Of a stretch of 64,000 nt of DNA, positions 33,437 to 39,855 are shown one piece after another. Location: contig CAWDJM010000016.1 in assembly GCA_963802655.1 (NCBI GenBank), forward strand, positions 195,813 to 259,812. The letters are read 5' to 3'. The position numbers and the translations under genes are program-made. Positions within the stretch are counted from its first letter, which is position 1. Each line of letters starts with the position of its first letter. The notes beneath the pieces were generated by a model. That model ran no database searches. It had not been told where the DNA came from and saw only the letters and a program-made list of their open reading frames with translations. Source of the DNA: an uncultured Solirubrobacterales bacterium (GTDB lineage: Bacteria; Actinomycetota; Thermoleophilia; Solirubrobacterales; Solirubrobacteraceae).

Positions 33437-34993
33437 ATGAACCAGTCGATGGCCGACACGACGTTTGCGGCGCACGATCCGCGCACCGGCGCGGTGCTCC
33501 AGACCTACACCGACGCGACCGACGGCCAGATCGCCGCGGCCTGCGCCGCCGCCCGGGAGGCGGTCCCGGCGCTGCGCGACGACGCCGTCCGCGCGGGGCT
33601 GCTGCGCGCGATCGCGCGGCGGCTGCGCGAGGCCGGCGACGAGCTGCACGACATCTGCGAGCTCGAGACGGGTCTCCCCCGCGCCCGCCTCGAGGGCGAG
33701 CTCGAGCGCACCTGCGTGCAGCTCGAGTTGATGGCCGACGCCGCCGCCGGCGGCAGCCACGTCGAGGCGATCATCGACACCGCCGAGCCCGACGCTCCGA
33801 TCGCGCCGCGCCCCGATCTGCGGCGGATGCTCGTCCCGCTCGGGCCGGTTGCGGTGTTCGGCGCCAGCAACTTCCCCTATGCGTTCAGCGTCGCCGGCGG
33901 CGACACCGCGTCCGCCCTGGCCGCCGGCTGTCCGGTCGTGGTCAAGGGCCACCCGTCGCACCCTGGCACGTCGGAGCAGGTCGCCGCCTGCGTGACCGCT
34001 GCCGTGGACGAGCTCGGATTGCCGGCGGGCACGTTCTCGCTCGTGCACGGCGCCTCCAGCCATGTCGGCGAGCAGCTGGCGCGGGCCGAGGAGATCGAGG
34101 CGATCGGCTTCACCGGCTCGCTCGTGGGCGGCCGCGCGCTGTTCGACGTCGCCGCCGCGCGGGATCGACCGATCCCGGTGTACGCCGAGATGGGGTCGGT
34201 CAACCCGACGGTGATCAGCCCGGGCGCGCTGCGCGCCCGCAGCGATGCGATCGCCGAGGGACTGACGGCCTCGATCACCGGCGGCACGGGTCAGTTCTGC
34301 ACCAAGCCCGGGGTCGTGCTGGTCCCGGCGGGCGCCGACGGGGACGCGTTCGCCGATGACGTCGCCCGGCGCCTGGCCCAGGTCGAGGCCGCGCCCTTGC
34401 TCAACGCGCGGATCTGTTCCGCGCTGCGCGCCGCGCTGGCCGACCTCGACCGCGATCCTGACGTGACACGGCTCGGGCCTGGTGGCGAGGATTCGGAGGG
34501 CGCAGCCGGCGGTGGCTACCTGCAGGTGCCCGTGCTGTACGCGATCGACGCCGCGACGGCGACGCGCCGGCCGGAGCTGCTCGACGAGCACTTCGGACCG
34601 ACGGCGCTGCTCATCCGCTACGACGGGCTCGAGTCCGCCGCCGGGGTGATCGGCGTGCTGGGCGGCCAGCTGACCGGGACGCTCCACGCCGAGGCCGACG
34701 AGCTCGACGGGTTGCGGGGGATCGTGGCCGGGCTCGAGGAACTTGCTGGACGCGTGATCTTCAACGGGTTTCCGACGGGGGTCGCGGTCACCCACGCGAT
34801 GCAGCATGGCGGGCCGTACCCCGCGACGACCGCGCTGCACACGTCGGTCGGGACCACTGCGATCCGCCGCTTCCAGCGCCCGGTGACCTGGCAGAACGCT
34901 CCCGCCGAACTGCTGCCCGCCGCGCTGCAGGACGCCAACCCGCTGGGAATCTGGCGGCTGGTCAACGGCGAGTTCACGCGCGACGCGGTTTAG
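33437..34993 (+). CDS. aldehyde dehydrogenase, alpha-ketoglutaric semialdehyde dehydrogenase-like
   Basis: 518 aa from ATG 33437. It contains FGASNFPYAFSVAGGDTASALAAGCPVVVKGHPSHP and FTGSLVGGRAL, and its size and motifs fit the KGSADH type. It is divergent from the GntR gene with a 39-bp spacer. Confidence 0.85.
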   Translation: MNQSMADTTFAAHDPRTGAVLQTYTDATDGQIAAACAAAREAVPALRDDAVRAGLLRAIARRLREAGDELHDICELETGLPRARLEGELERTCVQLELMADAAAGGSHVEAIIDTAEPDAPIAPRPDLRRMLVPLGPVAVFGASNFPYAFSVAGGDTASALAAGCPVVVKGHPSHPGTSEQVAACVTAAVDELGLPAGTFSLVHGASSHVGEQLARAEEIEAIGFTGSLVGGRALFDVAAARDRPIPVYAEMGSVNPTVISPGALRARSDAIAEGLTASITGGTGQFCTKPGVVLVPAGADGDAFADDVARRLAQVEAAPLLNARICSALRAALADLDRDPDVTRLGPGGEDSEGAAGGGYLQVPVLYAIDAATATRRPELLDEHFGPTALLIRYDGLESAAGVIGVLGGQLTGTLHAEADELDGLRGIVAGLEELAGRVIFNGFPTGVAVTHAMQHGGPYPATTALHTSVGTTAIRRFQRPVTWQNAPAELLPAALQDANPLGIWRLVNGEFTRDAV

Positions 34994-35573
34994 TGTCCGC
35001 GACGCCGCGCCCGCCCGACAGCGTCAGCCGGTTCTTGGCCGAGGCCAACCCCGCGGTGATCGCGACGATTGCGCCCGGCGGCGAGCCGCACACGGTTGCC
35101 ACCCGGTACCTGTGGGAGGACGGCCGGTTGTTCGTCAACATGGACGCGGACCGCAAGCGCCTGCAGCACCTCCGGCGCGACCCGCGCGTGTCGCTGACCG
35201 TGCTCGGCAAGGACGATTGGTCGGTCCACGTGACGCTCGCCGGGCGGGTCGCCTCGCTCGATCCCGACCCGGATCTAGTGTCGCGTTTGGGAAGTTCGTG
35301 GGCACCGAGAGGTGCCACTGGTGGATGCTTGGCGAGGACGCAGGAGCCGTGGCGTAGCGGAGCTACGCGAGGCGACGAGGACGAAGCCGAGCGCCGCCAG
35401 GGGTGCCTCGAATGCACGCGAATTTTCCAAACGTGACACTAGTGTCGATCGACCGCCTGGCCCGGCACTACACCGGCGAGCCGTTCTCCAGGCGCGACCG
35501 CCGGCGCGTCAGCGCCTGGATCGACGTCGATCACTGGCACGGGTGGGCCGGCGCCGGGCCCTGGGACGGTTAG
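34993..35573 (+). pseudogene. PPOX-class (pyridoxamine 5'-phosphate oxidase / F420-dependent) protein gene interrupted by a 164-bp insertion
   Basis: The N-terminal part runs to ...VASLDPDPDLVS (35283). The C-terminal part IDRLARHYTGEPFSRRDRRRVSAWIDVDHWHGWAGAGPWDG* resumes at 35448 in a different frame. Removing the insert restores one ORF. Confidence 0.75.
35275..35447 (+). mobile_element. MITE-like palindromic insertion with flanking direct repeats
   Basis: The 9-bp direct repeat CTAGTGTCG occurs at 35275-35283 and 35439-35447. Imperfect terminal inverted repeats of about 29 bp are present, and the element folds as a long hairpin centred on GCGTAGC-GGA-GCTACGC. It has no coding capacity. 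Confidence 0.7.
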
Positions 35574-35658
35574 CGGCGACAGGCGCCCACGGACCGGGTC
35601 ACATGATCAACGCCCCACTCCAGGTGTCCCGGCCGAACCGTGGGACGTTGACCACGTC

Positions 35659-36141
35659 TCACGTGACTAACGCCCCGCGGTCCGTCCAGAAGGGCTCGAG
35701 TGGGGCGTTCGCCCGGCCGATGGCGCCCGGCGGAAGCAGCTGTCCGTCGGAAATAGTAGGTTTTCGCAGGATTCTGCAAATTCTGCGGATCTGACCCATG
35801 CAGACACGTGGGAACTGTGACGTGGGCTCGGGCACGGTCGACAAGCCCCTGTAGACCGGGACTCGGCGCCTGCGACGCAGGCTCCGGCGCCGATCGTTTC
35901 GCCTGGCGATCGGCGCCGTAGCTCTGCCCTCAGCGCTCGGGACTGCCCCAGGCTGCGCGGCGGCGCCGGAACGAGCCTCGCGCCGCAACCGCCGCGCCAG
36001 CTCACTCGCCCGGTCCAGCGCCAGCGGCAGCTCGTCGCACCGGTTCGAGGCGATCGCCGCGAACTCGCGCAACCTCGCGTTCGCCAGCTCGCGCTCGGCT
36101 ACCTCGCCGATCTGGTGCAGCTTCGAACTCGTGAGCTCCAC
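35659..36141 (-). CDS. hypothetical protein (weak)
   Basis: 160-aa ORF. The first 55 or so codons have strong GC3 bias and a helical sequence (LANARLREFAAIASNRCDELPLALDRASELARRL). The 3' half runs through a repeat-rich, lower-GC region and may not be coding. Confidence 0.25.
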   Translation of the reverse strand: MELTSSKLHQIGEVAERELANARLREFAAIASNRCDELPLALDRASELARRLRREARSGAAAQPGAVPSAEGRATAPIARRNDRRRSLRRRRRVPVYRGLSTVPEPTSQFPRVCMGQIRRICRILRKPTISDGQLLPPGAIGRANAPLEPFWTDRGALVT

Positions 36142-36266
36142 CGGAGCGTTTCGGCGAAGCCCACGTGGTCCGCACGCGAACGGGACCGTTCACGCGCGCA
36201 CCGCCCTGGTATCACGCGCGGATCGCGCGCTCGCACCACAGCAACCTGACCCCACAGCAATCGACG

Positions 36267-37109
36267 ATGGGGATCCGGTCGCAGGCTCTCGATAGCCTCG
36301 ACCGGATGCAAGCTGCACGCTTCACCCGCTACGTGGCGATCGGCGACAGCACCACCGAGGGGCTCGACGACCCGTCCCCGGACGGGCTCGGCTACCTCGG
36401 GTTCGCCGACCGCCTGGCGGCGCGGCTGGCCCAAGACCAGCCCGGTCTGCTGTACGCCAACCTGGGCATCCGTGGCCGTAAGCTGCGCCAGATCCGCGAC
36501 GAGCAGCTCGAGCCCGCGCTGGCGCTGGACCCCGACCTGGCCAGCGTGGTCGGCGGCCTCAACGACATCCTCCGTCCTCGCTGCGACATCGGGACGCTGG
36601 CCGCGATCCTCGAGCAGATGGTCGCGGCCCTGACCGCCCGCGGTGCGACCGTTCTGGGGATGACGTTCCCCGATGCCGCCAAGGTGATGCCCGCCGCGCT
36701 CCCGGCGCGCCGGCGGATGCAGGCGTTCAACGCCGCGATCCGCTCGATCGGGGAGCGTCACGGGATGCTCGTCGCCGACCTCGACCGCAACGGCGTCATT
36801 GACCCGCGGCTGTGGGCGGTCGACCGCCTGCACGCGAACACGGCCGGTCACATCCGCATCGCGGCGGCGATGGAGCAGGCGCTCGGCCTCGAGCCCGCGG
36901 AGGACCCCTGGGCCCTGTTGCCGCCCGCGCCCGGCGTCTCCCGGGCCGCGGTGTGGCGCCGCGAGGCGCTGTGGATGGGGCGCCACGCGGCCCCGTGGAT
37001 CATGCGCCGCGTCCGCGGCCGCTCCTCAGGCGACGGCCGCAGCGCCAAGCGCCCGGAGCTGGCGCCGGTCGTGCTGACAGAGGCAGACACGGCCGCCGAG
37101 CCCGTTTGA
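36267..37109 (+). CDS. SGNH/GDSL-family hydrolase
   Basis: Block I is YVAIGDSTTEG, block III is GGLNDI, and the C-terminal D..H is in DRLHANTAGH. The start is ATG 36267 or 36306. Confidence 0.8.
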   Translation: MGIRSQALDSLDRMQAARFTRYVAIGDSTTEGLDDPSPDGLGYLGFADRLAARLAQDQPGLLYANLGIRGRKLRQIRDEQLEPALALDPDLASVVGGLNDILRPRCDIGTLAAILEQMVAALTARGATVLGMTFPDAAKVMPAALPARRRMQAFNAAIRSIGERHGMLVADLDRNGVIDPRLWAVDRLHANTAGHIRIAAAMEQALGLEPAEDPWALLPPAPGVSRAAVWRREALWMGRHAAPWIMRRVRGRSSGDGRSAKRPELAPVVLTEADTAAEPV

Positions 37110-37153
37110 GCTCGACGACCGCGTCTGAGGCTTGTGGTGCAGCGGCAGTCCGG

Positions 37154-38119
37154 TTAGGCGGCGTTGCGGAGCCCATCGAGCTCCGGTCGACCGGCCAGCC
37201 GGGTCAGCGCGCGCTCTTCGAGCTCACGTGCCCGCTCGGCCGAGAAGCCGAGCTCGCTGCCGGTCTGCCGCAGCGTCCGCGGATCCTCTCCGGCGAGGCC
37301 GAAGCGGAGCTTGATGACGTTGCGCTCGACCTCCGGGAGCGTGTCGATCACCTGGCTGAGGCGCTGGTCGCGGTCAGCCGTGGCGACCTCCTCGATCGGC
37401 TCGGGACGCTCGCTGGCCAGCAGGTCCCCGAGGGCGGTCTCCCCGTCCTCGCTGACGGCCTGATCCAGGCTCGCCAGACCGCGGCTCAGCTCGCGCAGCT
37501 CCGTGACCTCGTCGACGGACAGCTTCGCCACTTCGGCGACCTCTTCGTCGGTGGGCTCACGTCCAAGCTTCGTGCTCAGCTCGGCCTCGATCTTGCGGAC
37601 CTTGACCTGACGCTGAGCAACGTGGACCGGAACCCGGATCGTCCTCCCGTGGTTCTGTAGGCCGCGCTGGATCGCCTGACGGATCCACAGCGTCCCGTAG
37701 GTGGAGAACTTGAAGCCGCGCCGCCAGTCGAACTTCTCGACGGCACGGATCAATCCGAGCATCCCTTCCTGTACGAGGTCCTCCATCGGTAGCCCGTGGC
37801 CCTGGTACCGGCGCGCCTGGGAAACGACCAGGCGCAGGTTCGAGTTGATCATCCGCTCCTTGGCCTCGAGGTCGCCGCGCTCAATCCGCTTGGCGAGCTC
37901 GACCTCCTCGGCGGCGGTCAGCAGTGGATGCGCACGAGCACTACGGAGGAACAGCTCAAGCGAATCGCGAACCCCGGCACCACCGTCGGTGCCGGTGGCA
38001 GCCCGGAGCTCAGCCGAGTCGGCATGAGCGCCCCGTCTGCGGTTCTGCCGCTTGTTCGACGCCGCGGCGGCAGGCCGCCGGGCGCGATTTCTCTGAGTGT
38101 TGTTTTCGTCGCCACGCAC
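37154..38119 (-). CDS. RpoD-family (group 1/2-like) sigma-70 factor
   Basis: 321 aa. Region 2 is [56 protein letters not shown], region 3 is RTIRVPVHV, and region 4 is [21 protein letters not shown]. It has a basic N-terminal tail and no long region 1.1. Confidence 0.85.
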   Translation of the reverse strand: MRGDENNTQRNRARRPAAAASNKRQNRRRGAHADSAELRAATGTDGGAGVRDSLELFLRSARAHPLLTAAEEVELAKRIERGDLEAKERMINSNLRLVVSQARRYQGHGLPMEDLVQEGMLGLIRAVEKFDWRRGFKFSTYGTLWIRQAIQRGLQNHGRTIRVPVHVAQRQVKVRKIEAELSTKLGREPTDEEVAEVAKLSVDEVTELRELSRGLASLDQAVSEDGETALGDLLASERPEPIEEVATADRDQRLSQVIDTLPEVERNVIKLRFGLAGEDPRTLRQTGSELGFSAERARELEERALTRLAGRPELDGLRNAA

Positions 38120-38176
38120 GCGGGAAACGTCGCGGCGCTGGGATTCAGTATTCAGTTCGATCTCCGTGTACTGAAG

Positions 38177-38229
38177 ATTGTTCGATACTCATCGAATTAT
38201 AGCATTGTTCGACCGTGATCGAACAATGC
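38177..38229. promoter_or_regulatory. three ATTGTTCGA boxes, two forming a perfect palindrome GCATTGTTCGA-N6-TCGAACAATGC
   Basis: The boxes are at 38177-38185 and 38204-38212 (direct) and 38219-38227 (inverted). They lie in AT-rich DNA 60-110 nt upstream of the sigma-factor start (38119). Confidence 0.45.
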
Positions 38230-38342
38230 CCGGAGCCCCCTAAAACGTCATGCTCCATGAGAACCTACGTTCGAAGACGCCACGAGTTACCGCAGCGTTC
38301 CCGTTCTTATGAATGCCTTCGGTTCGGGTCCGGGTTCAGGAC

Positions 38343-38549
38343 TCAAGCGGACTCAAGCGCCGACTGCGCGGCCGCCATACGGGCGATCGGCACGCGAAAC
38401 GGCGAGCACGACACGTAGTCCAAGCCGGTCGCGTCGAAGAACGCGATCGACTCCGGATCTCCTCCATGCTCCCCACAGATGCCGAGTTTCAAGCTCGGAT
38501 GCTCCTCCGAGCCTCTACCCTGGCCCGCGCAGCGAGCTGTCTCCGGTCC
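38343..38549 (-). pseudogene. pyruvate,phosphate dikinase (PEP-utilising enzyme) C-terminal remnant
   Basis: The minus-strand frame opens only after a TAG and has no upstream start. It reads ...[52 protein letters not shown], the highly conserved PPDK C-terminus. Confidence 0.65.
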
Positions 38550-38558
38550 CTACGCCGA

Positions 38559-39623
38559 TCAGTTCTCCTGGATGTGGTCGGCCTCGCGCGCGCCGCCGAA
38601 CGGGCGCGTCAGGCAGAAGCGGTTGAGCGCGGCCTCGGGGACGCCCTCGACCCCGGGCGTGTCCGACGCCTCGCCCTTGGTGTGCGGATCGTCGGAGAAG
38701 CCACCGACCTCGACCGAGTGCTGGGGGCTGCGGTAGCCGGAGATCCCGACCAGGTGCAGCTGCAGCGCGCGCCCGAGCTGGTCGAGCCTGGCGGCGATGA
38801 TCGGCTCCTGGTTGACGCTGTAGTCGGTGCCCGCGGCCGGGAAGAAGCCGTAGGACCCGCCGTGGGCGACGAACGGGGTGTTCGCGCACGAGCCGAGCGG
38901 CACCGGAGCGCCGCCGGACGGACCCGCACCGGCGCCCGCGGCGCGGGCGGCGGCGGCGGCCTGCCGGTCGAGGATCGTCGCCTGCCGGGTCAGCGTCTTG
39001 CGCAGCGAGATCAGCTCGGCGGCCGTGCGGCTGCGGGCGTCGACGTAGGACAGGCGGCGGCGGACGATCGACAGGCGCAGCTGGGCGACGTTGTCGCGCT
39101 CGGTCAGCACCGACGTGACCGCGCGCTGCTTGCGCGACTCGATCGACGCCAGCCGCTTGGTCTGAGCGGTCACGGCTGTTCGCGCCTGCTTGACGTGGAG
39201 CACCGTCTCGGTGCTGTGGCGCTCGACCGTGCGCAGGTCGTTGACGCGGTTGAGGAGATCGTCGAACCCTTGCGCGTCGACCACCACATTCATCAGCGTG
39301 GGCGGCGGGGACTCATATTGGGCGACGAGCTGGGCGCCCAGGATCCGCCGGCCGCGCTCGTACCTGGCCTGCAGGCTGGTCAGCCGCGTGCGCGCGTGAT
39401 CCAACGACGCCCTCACCTCCGACAGCTGGCCCTCCTCGACGGTGATGCTGCGCTGAATCGCTCCCAGACGCTGCTCCAGGTCGCCGATCGAGCCGTCGAA
39501 GCCCTGGATCCGGGTCGAGTCCGACTGGATCTCCGACTGCAGCTGACCGGCCCGCTGCTTAGCCGCCTGATAGCGGCTCGACAGATCGGCGCTGCTCGAT
39601 CCGGCGAGCAGCGCGATCGCCAC
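38559..39623 (-). CDS. coiled-coil protein with C-terminal M15 (VanY / D-Ala-D-Ala carboxypeptidase-like) peptidase domain
   Basis: A long heptad-like region is followed by GISGYRSPQHSVEVGGFSDDPHTKGEASD...ADH (the H..D...H zinc-ligand pattern of M15). The GTG 39623 start truncates an obvious signal peptide that is encoded upstream in frame. Confidence 0.7.
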   Translation of the reverse strand: MAIALLAGSSSADLSSRYQAAKQRAGQLQSEIQSDSTRIQGFDGSIGDLEQRLGAIQRSITVEEGQLSEVRASLDHARTRLTSLQARYERGRRILGAQLVAQYESPPPTLMNVVVDAQGFDDLLNRVNDLRTVERHSTETVLHVKQARTAVTAQTKRLASIESRKQRAVTSVLTERDNVAQLRLSIVRRRLSYVDARSRTAAELISLRKTLTRQATILDRQAAAAARAAGAGAGPSGGAPVPLGSCANTPFVAHGGSYGFFPAAGTDYSVNQEPIIAARLDQLGRALQLHLVGISGYRSPQHSVEVGGFSDDPHTKGEASDTPGVEGVPEAALNRFCLTRPFGGAREADHIQEN

Positions 39624-39855
39624 GATCGCGCCCAGCAGCGGCAGGGCGGCGATCGAGGCGCTACGTCGAAATTGGTTCGATCTGCGTCTCAGACGGCGGC
39701 GAAGCTACCAGGGGGTCGCGCGATCCCGAGCGCCTCGTGGGGCCATGAAGCGAAACTTGCAGGGGCAGGAACCGTTGCGTAGGTTCAGACGGCTGGTCTG
39801 TACGGGGGTACGATCACCCTGCAGGGGCAAGCCACGACCAACCATTGATGACCGT

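Noticed and set aside
30334-34840. Very long versions of ORFs: 678 aa at 30334..32370, 398 aa at 31638..32834, 734 aa at 32636..34840 and 653 aa at 23430..25391.
   Set aside because: The N-terminal extensions are low-complexity and overlap the well-supported upstream genes. Internal ATG or GTG starts that overlap the upstream stop codons (ATGA or GTGA) give proteins of normal family length.
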